Shown: positions 24,897-35,319, numbered from the stretch's first letter. The stretch is 64,000 bases of DNA from Pelagibacteraceae bacterium (GCA_002717485.1 PBDW01000007.1:213611-277610), one strand, 5' to 3'. Notes: generated by a model from the letters alone, not told the origin. Numbers and translations are program-made.

Positions 24897-25937
24897 ATGA
24901 AAAAAAATAATTTAAAATTATATACTGCAAATTGTTGTGGTGAAATAGGTGATGTAATTATAGATGGTTATGATAGCCCTCCGGGAAAAACTATACTAGA
25001 ACAATCAATTTTTATACATAATGATAATAAATTACGAAATTTTGTATTAAATGAACCTAGAGGTGGAGTTTTTAAGCACATAAACTTACTTGTTCAACCT
25101 GTTGACAAAAGTGCAGACATTGGATTTATAATAATGGAACCTGAAGACACCCCTCCGATGAGTGGTTCCAATAGTATTTGTGTAACAACAGTCTTATTAG
25201 AAAAAGGAATAATACCAATTAAAGATAAAAAAACAACTCTGACATTAGAGGCACCAGGAGGCCTAATTAAAGCGATTGCATATTGTGAAAAAAATAAAGT
25301 TAAAAGTGTTAAAATTTTTAATATTGATTCATTTGTTCATAAGCTAGATCATCCTCTTGAAGTTAAAGGTTTAGGTACATTAAAAGTTGATGTTGCTTTT
25401 GGAGGAGATACATTTGTTTTAATTAAAGGAGAGGATCTTGGAATTTCAATTAAACCGGAAAATGCAAAAGATATAGTTAACATTTCAAGTAAAATAATAA
25501 ATGCCTCAAATGAACAAATCATTTTTCACCACCCACTTCTACCTCACTTAAAACATATATCTTTTTGTGAAATAACCGAGCCAATTTATATAAATAATCA
25601 AAATCAAAAAGAAGCAAAAAATACAGTTTGCATTAGGCCAGGTAAATTAGATAGATCGCCATGTGGAACGGGAACATGTGCCAGACTAGCAGTAATGCAT
25701 TCAAGAGGTGAAATTAAAAAAGGAGAAAAATTTATTTCGAAATCTATAATTGATTCAACATTTATATCTATGATTGAAGATATATCAAAAATATCTAACA
25801 TAAATAGTATTAAAACTTCGATAGAGGGTAGTGCCTTTATCACGGGAAAACAGGAACTTTATGTAGATGATAGAGATCCTTTTCCAGAAGGATATAGACT
25901 TTCTGATACTTGGCCTAAATTAGATAAAAATGGTTGA
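24897..25937 (+). CDS. proline racemase-superfamily enzyme (4-hydroxyproline epimerase / 3-hydroxyproline dehydratase-like) with a Ser/Cys catalytic pair
   Basis: PMSGSNS where MCGH(N/G) is usual, and DRSPCGTGTCA. Start set at the ATG at 24897; the ORF track begins at a TTG at 24882. Confidence 0.8.
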   Translation: MKKNNLKLYTANCCGEIGDVIIDGYDSPPGKTILEQSIFIHNDNKLRNFVLNEPRGGVFKHINLLVQPVDKSADIGFIIMEPEDTPPMSGSNSICVTTVLLEKGIIPIKDKKTTLTLEAPGGLIKAIAYCEKNKVKSVKIFNIDSFVHKLDHPLEVKGLGTLKVDVAFGGDTFVLIKGEDLGISIKPENAKDIVNISSKIINASNEQIIFHHPLLPHLKHISFCEITEPIYINNQNQKEAKNTVCIRPGKLDRSPCGTGTCARLAVMHSRGEIKKGEKFISKSIIDSTFISMIEDISKISNINSIKTSIEGSAFITGKQELYVDDRDPFPEGYRLSDTWPKLDKNG

Positions 25938-26418
25938 AAATCTTCTTAATAAAAAAAATGTAAAAAGAGTTAAAGAATTTATTAACTTATTTAATAAAAA
26001 AATAAAAATAATTGAACTTAATAAAACTGCAAGAACTGCGCTTGATGCTGCAAATTCATTACAAGTTGATGTAGGATCTATTGTTAAAAGTTTAGTTTTT
26101 CAGATCAAAAATGATAAAAAATATATTTTATGTTTAATATCAGGAGATAAGAGAGTTTCAGTAGAAAAATTATCCAAAAATGTAAATTTAAAAATAGTAA
26201 CAGCAAAGGCGATAGATGTAAAAAAAGTTACGGGTTTTTCAATAGGAGGAATTCCACCTTTTGCTCATAAAATAAAATTAATTACTTATATTGATGAATC
26301 TCTCTTAAGATTCCATGATTTATATGCCGCCGCCGGACATCCTCACTGTGTTTTTAAGATTAAATATGAAGAATTAATAAAATTAACAAATGCAGAAGTT
26401 GGTGATTTTTCAAACTAA
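25930..26418 (+). CDS. YbaK/ProX-type aminoacyl-tRNA trans-editing (deacylase) domain protein
   Basis: 162 aa. SIVKSLVF...ISGDKRVS...GFSIGGIPPF pattern. Overlaps the upstream gene by 8 nt. Confidence 0.7.
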   Translation: MVENLLNKKNVKRVKEFINLFNKKIKIIELNKTARTALDAANSLQVDVGSIVKSLVFQIKNDKKYILCLISGDKRVSVEKLSKNVNLKIVTAKAIDVKKVTGFSIGGIPPFAHKIKLITYIDESLLRFHDLYAAAGHPHCVFKIKYEELIKLTNAEVGDFSN

Positions 26419-26744
26419 TTTATCTGATCTATCTTTGATGCTAAAATAAAGTCATTAATACTTAATCCTTTTATTGCATGAGTATGTATCATAATTAAAC
26501 AATATCCCCATCCGATACTAATATCAGGGTGATGATTTTCATTTTCAGCAATCAAAGAAACTTTATTTGTAAAATCTATAGATTCTTTAAAGTTTTTAAA
26601 TTTATATTTTTTATAAATCATTTCATTTGATTCATTCACTCGCCATTCATTTAATTTCTTAATTTGAATTTGGATTTCATTTAATTCAAATTTCTTTTCT
26701 GTCCCCTTACAGGGTTTGCAATTTCTTTTAGAAAGATCTGACAT
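26415..26744 (-). CDS. phhB: pterin-4-alpha-carbinolamine dehydratase
   Basis: 109 aa. ENHHPD...IHTH motif. Confidence 0.85.
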   Translation of the reverse strand: MSDLSKRNCKPCKGTEKKFELNEIQIQIKKLNEWRVNESNEMIYKKYKFKNFKESIDFTNKVSLIAENENHHPDISIGWGYCLIMIHTHAIKGLSINDFILASKIDQIN

Positions 26745-27685
26745 TAAATTTCTATACCTTTTTTATATCCACTTTTGTCAGTTAATATTTTTGGAAAACC
26801 ACTTGATCTAAATTTTATGTTATAATCATCTTCAAATCTTTTCACTATCATAGAAGACCAGGCTCTGTTCCCATATCTTTTGACTCCATCTGATAAAATT
26901 TTTAATAAAAATGGTGACAATTCAAGTTTAACTTTATTTTTCTTAGATAACTTATTGAATAAACTAATATCTTTTAATACAAGATCCATAGTAAAATTGA
27001 TATTATAAGATCCATTTAAGATAACTTGACTTTCTGTTTCATGAACAAAACTATTACCTGATGATGCTTTAATAGCTTTATAAGTCTTTTTAAGGTCGAT
27101 TTTTGACATTTTAGCCAATGTCATAGCCTCTCCTAATGCAACAAGATGAGAAGTTGCTAAGAAATTTGTTATAACTTTAAGAATTGACGCGTTGCCTAAT
27201 TTCCCTGCATACAAAATGTCTTTACCCATAACGGTTAAAATAGGAAAAACCTTTTCAAAACCTTTTCTTTTTCCACTAACAAAAATTGAAATATTACCAG
27301 TTTTGGCTCTGTGGCAACCTCCGCTCACAGGCCCATCAAGAGCGATTCCACCTTTTGAATTAACTATAGCTCCCAATCTTTTAACTTCATTAGAATCAGT
27401 TGTGCTCATTTCTAACCAAATTTTGTTTTTTGACATACCTTGAATAACTCCATCTTTAGATTCCATTACTTTTGCACATATTTCAGGAGAAGGAAGACAA
27501 GTGATTATAACATCTGCATTTTCCGCTATTTCTTTGGGCGAATTAAGCACATGGGCACCTAATTTTTTAAGTTTATCAGTATTACTTTTATTTAAATCTC
27601 TTACATAAAGATCATATTTTTTTTTTATAATAATACTGGCCAATTTAGAACCAACGTTTCCTAAGCCTATAAAACCTATTTTCAT
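26744..27685 (-). CDS. NAD(P)-dependent beta-hydroxyacid dehydrogenase (3-hydroxyisobutyrate dehydrogenase family)
   Basis: N-terminal MKIGFIGLGNVGSKLA Rossmann motif and a central DGPVSGG. Confidence 0.8.
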   Translation of the reverse strand: MKIGFIGLGNVGSKLASIIIKKKYDLYVRDLNKSNTDKLKKLGAHVLNSPKEIAENADVIITCLPSPEICAKVMESKDGVIQGMSKNKIWLEMSTTDSNEVKRLGAIVNSKGGIALDGPVSGGCHRAKTGNISIFVSGKRKGFEKVFPILTVMGKDILYAGKLGNASILKVITNFLATSHLVALGEAMTLAKMSKIDLKKTYKAIKASSGNSFVHETESQVILNGSYNINFTMDLVLKDISLFNKLSKKNKVKLELSPFLLKILSDGVKRYGNRAWSSMIVKRFEDDYNIKFRSSGFPKILTDKSGYKKGIEI

Positions 27686-27759
27686 ATTTATCTCCCTAAA
27701 ATTATTAGAAACATAGAATTATTTATGATAATTATACTAAAACTACATTGATATAAATA

Positions 27760-28506
27760 ATGAATGAATTCAATAAAAAATTCGAAAAAAATGAATGGAA
27801 TAATAGATTAAATCTAGCAGCTTGTTATCATTTAGCGGATCATTTTGGATTTAGTGATGTAATATGGAATCATATAACAGCAAAAACTTCAGAAAATAAA
27901 GAAACTTTTTTAATTAATGAGTTTGGATTACGTTATGATGAAATTACAGCATCTAATCTTGTTGAAATTGATTCAAGTGGAAATGTCATTGGCAATGATC
28001 GTCCGATTAATGATACTGGTTTTATTATTCACGGTGCAATACATAAATCAAGAAAGGACATTTCATGCGTTATGCATACGCATTCAAGAGCTGGACTAGC
28101 TATATCAACCTTAAGAGAAGGTCTAATACCAATGATTCAAGACGCAGCATTTCTTTACAAGAGAGTTAGTTATCACAATTGGGAAGGAATGTCGACTCAG
28201 ACTGAAGAATGTGAAAGACTTGCGAAGAGTTTAGGTAGTAACAAAGTTATGATACTTAGAAATCATGGACTATTAACATGTGGAGAAACAATAGCAGAGG
28301 CATTTATGTTAATGTATTACTTAGATAGGGCATGTAAAAATCAAATAGATGTAATGTCTACAGGAATGAAAGCTAACATTCCAACAGATAACATAATGGA
28401 ATATGCTGCAGGTCAATATGAAGATTCAAGATTTAAATTAGGAGAACATGAATGGCCTGCCCTTTTAAGAATTTTAGATAAAAAGGGATCAATTTATACA
28501 AGTTAA
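27760..28506 (+). CDS. class II aldolase/adducin-family protein
   Basis: HGAIH...CVMHTHS..G metal-binding His pattern. Confidence 0.75.
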   Translation: MNEFNKKFEKNEWNNRLNLAACYHLADHFGFSDVIWNHITAKTSENKETFLINEFGLRYDEITASNLVEIDSSGNVIGNDRPINDTGFIIHGAIHKSRKDISCVMHTHSRAGLAISTLREGLIPMIQDAAFLYKRVSYHNWEGMSTQTEECERLAKSLGSNKVMILRNHGLLTCGETIAEAFMLMYYLDRACKNQIDVMSTGMKANIPTDNIMEYAAGQYEDSRFKLGEHEWPALLRILDKKGSIYTS

Positions 28507-29477
28507 GATTTCAATTTTTTTTCAATAAAAGAAATAACATTTTCGGGTTTTATTAGATTAACATTTGTACCGCCAAAATCATTCGCATTAATAATATAAT
28601 AATTTTTCATAGATGAAGTGAATTTAGAACCTGTTGGACCAACAATTTTTATAAGAATCTTTGATCCTGCAGAAAGCATATGAGATGTCCCGCTATCATT
28701 CGCAAGAGAACATGATAATTTTTTAGAACATGCCATTACAACTTCAGGTCCAGAGTATTCAAGAATTGAATCTTCTGGAAAAAAAGAATCTGGAATTTCT
28801 TTTAAAATTATATTTTTAAGATCTAATTCTAAAGGTCCAAGAAAAAATGTTGGTATAAATCCGAGATTTTTAAAGTATTTTGCTACTTCTATAAAATAAT
28901 CAATCTTCCATATTCTAATTTTTGTCGCAGATCCTGGCGCAAAACCAAAATATTTATTTTTATCATTAAATATTTGATCAATTTTTTTTAATAAATTCGG
29001 TGAATACTGAATCTTAAAAGTATCATTATTTCTTTTTTTAGATACTAAGTCTAACATTCTAAATAAGTTATTTAAATAATATTCATTTTTATCATATTGA
29101 ATTTTTTTTGGCTTTATATCTGATAGAAACCAATTTAATGAAGAGGAAATAAAATTATCACTTTTTAATCTTCTTAAAGCAAGAGATCTTATAACAGCTT
29201 TTTGAGTATCTATAATGATATCAAATTTTTCATTAAAATTAAAATAATCATTTTTATTACGTAAAAAAATTGAAGAAAGTGAAACTTTTTCATAAATTTC
29301 ATCTATATATTGAGAGGCTATGTTTTTTAAAGTGCTATTGAAAACAGTATTTCCAGCATTAGTTACCCAGATAAAATGATAATCAGGAAATCTAGATTTT
29401 ATTTCATATAAAAATGGTAATTTAATTATACCGTCTCCAATTTGTTCTCTATTTGAAAAAACAAGAATTTTCTTCAT
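28503..29477 (-). CDS. GT9-family glycosyltransferase (heptosyltransferase-like)
   Basis: 324 aa. GDGI near the N-terminus, GSATKIRIW and ANDSGTSHM motifs. Confidence 0.7.
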   Translation of the reverse strand: MKKILVFSNREQIGDGIIKLPFLYEIKSRFPDYHFIWVTNAGNTVFNSTLKNIASQYIDEIYEKVSLSSIFLRNKNDYFNFNEKFDIIIDTQKAVIRSLALRRLKSDNFISSSLNWFLSDIKPKKIQYDKNEYYLNNLFRMLDLVSKKRNNDTFKIQYSPNLLKKIDQIFNDKNKYFGFAPGSATKIRIWKIDYFIEVAKYFKNLGFIPTFFLGPLELDLKNIILKEIPDSFFPEDSILEYSGPEVVMACSKKLSCSLANDSGTSHMLSAGSKILIKIVGPTGSKFTSSMKNYYIINANDFGGTNVNLIKPENVISFIEKKLKS

Positions 29478-29486
29478 TTGGTATTA

Positions 29487-30239
29487 TTATATATTAAGTT
29501 CTAATCCATCATAGGCAGGATTAATATTTTCAGGTGTAATATTAATTAAAGTTTCATAATCCATTAGGCCTGTTAAGTGAGTGAGGTATGTTTTTTCTGG
29601 TTTAATATAATTAATATATTCCATAATTTGATCGTAACTTGCATGGCTGGGATGGGAATCCATTCTTAAACAACCTATGATCCATAACTTAATGCCTTTT
29701 AATTTATCTAAAGTATTATCATAAAAATATTTTATATCTGTTGAATATGCAAAATCATTAATTCTATATGAAGTACAGTCAATCTTTCCATGATTATGCT
29801 GAAAACTATTTATTTTTATATCATCAATATAAAATGTATCTGCAATAATATTTGTATCCATTATTGGTTCATAAATTTGAGTTTTTTTAAATATATAATT
29901 AAAATTATTTATTAAATAATCGATAGTTTCTTCAGAGCCCCAGGCTGGAATCTTTTTTTTCATAAATAAACTCAATGCCCTAAGATCATTAATGCCGTGA
30001 ATATGATCTGCATGTTTATGAGTATACAAGCAAGCATCAATTTTTTCTATATTTGCTTGAAGTAGTTGAAATCTTAAATCGGGACCTGAATCAATCAAAA
30101 TATTTTTATCATTAGAATTTATTAAAATAGAAGGTCTTGTTCTATAATTTTTAGAATTATTGCTATCACAATTTCCAAATTTGTTTCCTATAAGTGGTAC
30201 TCCAAAACTGCTTCCACAACCTAAAACTCTAATCTTCAT
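29487..30239 (-). CDS. MBL-fold metallo-hydrolase
   Basis: HKHADHIHG motif. Conserved position after tatD in Alphaproteobacteria. Confidence 0.8.
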   Translation of the reverse strand: MKIRVLGCGSSFGVPLIGNKFGNCDSNNSKNYRTRPSILINSNDKNILIDSGPDLRFQLLQANIEKIDACLYTHKHADHIHGINDLRALSLFMKKKIPAWGSEETIDYLINNFNYIFKKTQIYEPIMDTNIIADTFYIDDIKINSFQHNHGKIDCTSYRINDFAYSTDIKYFYDNTLDKLKGIKLWIIGCLRMDSHPSHASYDQIMEYINYIKPEKTYLTHLTGLMDYETLINITPENINPAYDGLELNI

Positions 30240-31035
30240 AAATTATTCTTTCATATTTAATTGCTTTAGTAAATAAATTGTAAAAATTATCATTTGTTTT
30301 ACTTGATAGTTCAATAAAATCTATATTTAGCAAAGAAGATAGATATTCTGCAGTATAAATAAGATAAGAAGGCTCATTTTTTTTACCTCTTTTTGGAACA
30401 GGTGCTAAGAATGGAGAATCAGTTTCTAACAACAATCTATTTAAGGGAATTTTTTTAACAATATCTTGTAATTCATAGGATTTTTTAAAAGTGATAATAC
30501 CCGATATAGAAATATAAAAATCATTATCTAAACATTTTTTTAGAAGCTCGTATGAACCAGTAAAACAATGCATAACAACATTGAGTTTTTTTTGTTTATT
30601 TTTATTTTGTAATAAGTTCATTAATTCTTGTTCAGAGTTTCTTAAATGAATAATTAACGGAAGTCCTGTCTCAGCTGATGCTTCTATGTGATTATTAAAT
30701 GCTTCAAATTGGGAATTAATTTCATTTTTAGTATAATATAAATCTATTCCAGTTTCTCCTATACCAATTACTTTATCATTAATTTTAGATAATATTAGTT
30801 TTTTTGAGGGGATATTATTTTTATTAATATTGCATGGATGTTCACCAATAGAGCACCAAATTGATTTATAATCCTTAACCAAATTATATAATTTATCAAA
30901 TTCAGATATTTTAGTATTTATAGCTAGTATGGATGAAATATTATTATCAATAGAATTTTTTATAATATTAAAGAAATATTCTGATGAAGAATCTTTGTCC
31001 AAATGCGCATGAGAATCAATCAATTTTATCTTCAT
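30229..31035 (-). CDS. tatD: TatD-family metal-dependent hydrolase/DNase
   Basis: MKIKLIDSHAHLD start. The ORF-track N-terminal extension to 31116 lies inside metG and is rejected. Confidence 0.85.
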   Translation of the reverse strand: MKIKLIDSHAHLDKDSSSEYFFNIIKNSIDNNISSILAINTKISEFDKLYNLVKDYKSIWCSIGEHPCNINKNNIPSKKLILSKINDKVIGIGETGIDLYYTKNEINSQFEAFNNHIEASAETGLPLIIHLRNSEQELMNLLQNKNKQKKLNVVMHCFTGSYELLKKCLDNDFYISISGIITFKKSYELQDIVKKIPLNRLLLETDSPFLAPVPKRGKKNEPSYLIYTAEYLSSLLNIDFIELSSKTNDNFYNLFTKAIKYERIIYED

Positions 31036-32545
31036 ATTTTGGAAATAAAGGTTCAGGTTTATTAATAATAATATTGTTTTGATTAATAGAATGAAAGTTT
31101 GAAAAAGAAATTTCATCTATATTTTGATTTAAATATAAAAGCAATTTTTTAGATTTATTAGGCATAATTGGATAAGTCATTATTGCAATTCTTTTGATAA
31201 TTTCAATTAAAGTAAATAAAACGGTATTCATTCTTTGAGTATTAATTTTTTTTAGTTTCCATGGAGCCTGCTTATCAACATATATATTTGCAAGTGAAAT
31301 CAATTTAAATATATGTTTAATTCCTTTATCGATTTCTTCTTTGTCCATCGATTTCTTATAAGATTCAAATAAATTAATACTTGAATTAAATAAATTATTA
31401 TCTTCCTCATTGTAAGAATCATCATAAATAATTTTTCCTTCACAATTATTGTAAATAAAGGAGCAAACTCTTTGTACTAAATTTCCATAATCATTCGATA
31501 AATCATTGTTTATACGATTTTTTAAGGCTTTTAATGAAAAATCACCATCATCACCAAAAGGAACTTGGCTAAAAAGAAAATATCTAAATTCATCTAATCC
31601 GTATTCATTAATAATTTTAATTGGATCTATAATATTGCCTAAACTTTTGGAAATCTTATTACCTTCATTTGTAAACCAACCATGTGCAAATACTCTTTTT
31701 GGTGGAGGCAAATTTGCAGCCATTAAAAAGGCAGGCCAATAGACACTATGGAATCTCAAAATATCTTTACCAACAATGTGAACTCCAGGCCAATATTTTT
31801 TATAAAGTAAAGAATTTGTATCAGGAAATTTTAATGCAGATAAATAATTTTGTAATGCATCTAACCAAACATATATAATATGATTGTCATTATTAGGGAC
31901 GCCAATACCCCATTTAAAAGTAGTCCTTGAAACTGACAGGTCATTTAGGCCACCTTTTACAAAACTTTTCACTTCATTAAATCTTGTTATTGGTGCAACA
32001 AAATCTGGATTATTAGAATAAAATTCAAGAAGCTTATCTTTCCACTTGGATAGTTTAAAAAAATAGCTTTCCTCTTCAATCCATTCAACTTTAGCTCCTG
32101 ACGGAGCATAAAAAACAGAATCTTTTTTAATTAATTCTTTTTCATCAAAAAATGCCTCGTCTCTAATAGAATACCAACCTTTATATTTATCTAAATATAT
32201 TTCATCATTTTCAATTAGTTTATTCCATAAGATATGAACAGATTCTTTATGTCGAATCTCTGTAGTTCTGATGAAATCATCGTTACTACAATTTAAAAAT
32301 TTTGTTAATTCCAAAAAGTTTTTAGATAATTCATCCGTAAGTTTTTTCGGAGAAATTTTTCTTAATTTTGCAGCTTGTTCAACTTTTTGTCCATGCTCAT
32401 CAGTGCCAGTTAGAAAATATACATCTTCATTTTTAAGCTTATGATATCTAGCTATAATATCACATGCTACATTCGTATAAGCATGACCAAGATGGGGCTT
32501 ATCGTTGCAATAATATATTGGAGTTGTGATATAGTAGCTTTTCAT
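31016..32545 (-). CDS. metG: methionyl-tRNA synthetase
   Basis: HIGH-type motif PHLGHAYT and KMSKS-type motif KISKSLGN. Confidence 0.95.
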   Translation of the reverse strand: MKSYYITTPIYYCNDKPHLGHAYTNVACDIIARYHKLKNEDVYFLTGTDEHGQKVEQAAKLRKISPKKLTDELSKNFLELTKFLNCSNDDFIRTTEIRHKESVHILWNKLIENDEIYLDKYKGWYSIRDEAFFDEKELIKKDSVFYAPSGAKVEWIEEESYFFKLSKWKDKLLEFYSNNPDFVAPITRFNEVKSFVKGGLNDLSVSRTTFKWGIGVPNNDNHIIYVWLDALQNYLSALKFPDTNSLLYKKYWPGVHIVGKDILRFHSVYWPAFLMAANLPPPKRVFAHGWFTNEGNKISKSLGNIIDPIKIINEYGLDEFRYFLFSQVPFGDDGDFSLKALKNRINNDLSNDYGNLVQRVCSFIYNNCEGKIIYDDSYNEEDNNLFNSSINLFESYKKSMDKEEIDKGIKHIFKLISLANIYVDKQAPWKLKKINTQRMNTVLFTLIEIIKRIAIMTYPIMPNKSKKLLLYLNQNIDEISFSNFHSINQNNIIINKPEPLFPKYEDKID

Positions 32546-33580
32546 TTAATTTATTGATATTCTAGAAAAAATATCTGTTACAAACAATCTTTTATCTAAA
32601 TTTAAAGTAAAAATTCTTTTTTCATTATCATTAATATAGTCCAATAGGGAAATAATCTTTTTTAAAGGCATTAGTTTGGATATTATTTCAATTTTTTTTA
32701 GTAAATACTCATTTTTTAAATCAATAATTTTCAATTCATATTTAATTGTATTAATAAGTAGAAATTTTATTAAATATAGAAAAAATATAAAAGTATTATT
32801 ATCTGAGGTTACTTTTTTTAAAATACTTGAGATATCTTTATCAAAAATATTATTAATAAATAATTCCATAGTTTCAGATTCAATTTGTGAATAATCATTA
32901 TCAATATAATTTAATGCAAAGCCCGGAGAAGCATATGAAAATTCAAACAGATTATTATATTCCTGTTCAGGTAAATTTAACTCATTTAACATTAAAATTT
33001 CTTTAAATTCATTAGAATTAGGATTTTTCATTTCAATTTTAATGCATCTTGATCTTATAGTTGGCAATAAAAGATGCAAAGAATGAGATACTATGAAGAA
33101 AAAAGTATTTTCATTAGGTTCTTCGATTATTTTAAGTAAAGCATTTGATGAATTATTATTAAGATAATCTCCAGCATCAATTAATATAATTTTTGGAAGT
33201 TTATTGATGCTGGTTAAATTTATAAATTTTTTTAAATCTCTTATTTGATCAATAATTATGTTATTTTTTTTAGTTTTATTTTTTTCATCAATGATGGGTG
33301 TGATTGATAAAAAATTTGGATGACTTCCATTAGAAATTAAATTGGCATCAGAATTTTCAATATTTTCATCATTCAGAAATTTTTCATTATTTGTGTTAAT
33401 TTTAGAAAATAATTTTTTTGCTAAATAATAAATTAATGTAGATTTTCCAATACCTTTTTGTCCATAAATTATTACAGAATTTTGAAGTTTATTATTAAGA
33501 ATATTATAATAAAGAAAATCAAATACATCATTATTACCAATATATTTTTTCGCTTTTTTTTGATTGTAAAATTCATTCAT
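32546..33580 (-). CDS. holB: DNA polymerase III delta-prime subunit
   Basis: GQKGIGKST P-loop-like motif, a later SRC block, and the tmk-holB-metG synteny. Confidence 0.8.
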   Translation of the reverse strand: MNEFYNQKKAKKYIGNNDVFDFLYYNILNNKLQNSVIIYGQKGIGKSTLIYYLAKKLFSKINTNNEKFLNDENIENSDANLISNGSHPNFLSITPIIDEKNKTKKNNIIIDQIRDLKKFINLTSINKLPKIILIDAGDYLNNNSSNALLKIIEEPNENTFFFIVSHSLHLLLPTIRSRCIKIEMKNPNSNEFKEILMLNELNLPEQEYNNLFEFSYASPGFALNYIDNDYSQIESETMELFINNIFDKDISSILKKVTSDNNTFIFFLYLIKFLLINTIKYELKIIDLKNEYLLKKIEIISKLMPLKKIISLLDYINDNEKRIFTLNLDKRLFVTDIFSRISIN

Positions 33581-33581
33581 T

Positions 33582-34199
33582 TTATATAATTTTTTTTATT
33601 TCTTTAATTAATGATTTAAAAACTTCTTTTTCGGATAATGATGCGTTAATTATTTTAAATCTTCTTTTGCTTTTTATGACTTTATAATATCCTCTTTTAA
33701 TTTTTTTATTAAAAATATCATTTGTCATATCATATTTATTACGATTTTTTCTCTTCCTTATTCTAGATTTAGTGATATTTAGATCGGCATCAAAAAAAAA
33801 TGTTAATTTTGGTAAAAAATTATTTAAATACGATTTATGAAGTTTATAAATTTCATTAATTCCAAAAGAATTATAAAAACCTTGATAAACTGCAGTTGAA
33901 TCAACAAATCTATCACAAATAACAATTTTACCTTTTTTAAGAGCAGGTATAATTTTACTATTTATATGCTCAATTCTGGCTGCCATAATTAAAAAAACTT
34001 CTGTTTCAATGCTTATAGGTTTATTTTTAGACAAAATAATTTTTCTTATCTTTTCAGCAGTATTTGTCCCACCAGGTTCTCTTGTAATTAGATGTGGTAA
34101 TTTGTTTTCTTTTAACCAGTTTCTTATTTTTTTTATTTGAGTCGTTTTGCCAGTAGCTTCACCGCCCTCAAGTGTAATAAAAAGACCTTTCTTATTCAT
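33582..34199 (-). CDS. tmk: thymidylate kinase
   Basis: FITLEGGEATGKTTQ P-loop and DRFVDST. ATG at 34199 chosen over the TTG at 34214. Confidence 0.9.
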   Translation of the reverse strand: MNKKGLFITLEGGEATGKTTQIKKIRNWLKENKLPHLITREPGGTNTAEKIRKIILSKNKPISIETEVFLIMAARIEHINSKIIPALKKGKIVICDRFVDSTAVYQGFYNSFGINEIYKLHKSYLNNFLPKLTFFFDADLNITKSRIRKRKNRNKYDMTNDIFNKKIKRGYYKVIKSKRRFKIINASLSEKEVFKSLIKEIKKII

Positions 34200-35319
34200 T
34201 AACAATGTTGCCAAATATTAAATATTTAAGGGCAGAAAACAATCTAAAAATCGACTTGCTTCTTTTTATTTCATCTTTAGATATTAAATCAACTGTTATT
34301 ATATTACGATCAGGAATAATAATTCTAGCCTTACCTATAACTTGATTTTTTTCTATAGGCGCTTCCATAGGTTTATCATAAGTGATAAAAATTTCTAAAT
34401 TTTGAGATTGTTCTAAAGTTAAACTTTTAGTTAATTGTTGAGATGTGATTATGTCTAGTGATTTTTCTTTACCAAGCCATACATCTGTGGTTGATAATAT
34501 TTGTCCTTTTTCAAAAATGACGTAATGTTTTGTATTTCTGTATGCCCAATCTAATAAAAATTCAGCTTCAGTAGCTCGTTCAGAGCCTGTTTTTAATCCT
34601 GTAACCACTACTATTATTCTTCTATCATCTTTTAGTGAAGATACAGAGATTCCAAAACCTGCTTCTTCTGTGTAACCAGTTTTTAAACCGTCAACACCTT
34701 CATAACTATTAATTAATTTATTTCGATTATATTGTCTTATATTATTATATATAAATTTTTTTTCTTTAAATATTTCATATAATTTTGGAAAATTTTTGAT
34801 TAAGGATTTAGATAATATTGCAATATCATAAACAGAAGAATAATGATTTTTATCAGGCCATCCACTTGAATTTGTAAAATTAGTATTTTTCATTCCAATT
34901 TCTTTTGCGTATTTATTCATTAGAGCCGCAAAAGATTCCTCACTTCCAGAAATATTTTCTGCAACAACTATAGATGCATCATTTCCACTTTGAACAATGA
35001 TGCCAAGTAATAGTTCTCTAACTTTAACTCTATCACCCATTTCAACAAACATACGGGACCCTCCTTTTAAATATGCATTTTTACTAACTTTAAATTCATC
35101 ATCTAATGAAAGGATTCCATCTTTTAATTGATCAAATACTATATATGCAGTCATAATTTTTGTCATACTTGCGGGTTGAATAATTTTATCTAAATTTTTT
35201 TGATATAAAATATCGTTTGTATCGTAATCTAAAACAATTGCATTTGAGGATTTTAATTCAAAAGAATGTGATGGATTAATTATAAATATAGATATTAAAA
35301 ATAATATAAAAAACTTCAT
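34192..35319 (-). CDS. D-alanyl-D-alanine carboxypeptidase (low-MW PBP, PBP5/6 type)
   Basis: Signal peptide, then SMTK, SGND and KTGYT motifs. Confidence 0.9.
   Translation of the reverse strand: MKFFILFLISIFIINPSHSFELKSSNAIVLDYDTNDILYQKNLDKIIQPASMTKIMTAYIVFDQLKDGILSLDDEFKVSKNAYLKGGSRMFVEMGDRVKVRELLLGIIVQSGNDASIVVAENISGSEESFAALMNKYAKEIGMKNTNFTNSSGWPDKNHYSSVYDIAILSKSLIKNFPKLYEIFKEKKFIYNNIRQYNRNKLINSYEGVDGLKTGYTEEAGFGISVSSLKDDRRIIVVVTGLKTGSERATEAEFLLDWAYRNTKHYVIFEKGQILSTTDVWLGKEKSLDIITSQQLTKSLTLEQSQNLEIFITYDKPMEAPIEKNQVIGKARIIIPDRNIITVDLISKDEIKRSKSIFRLFSALKYLIFGNIVNE

Noticed and set aside
30229-31116. Long N-terminal extensions offered by the ORF track for tatD (to 31116), tmk (to 34214), argS (to 62645), the second LysE (from 12106) and the proline-racemase-like gene (from 24882)
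   Set aside because: The extensions run into the upstream gene or start at TTG/GTG. Internal ATGs give N-termini that match the family pattern (for example MKIKLIDSHAHLD for TatD).
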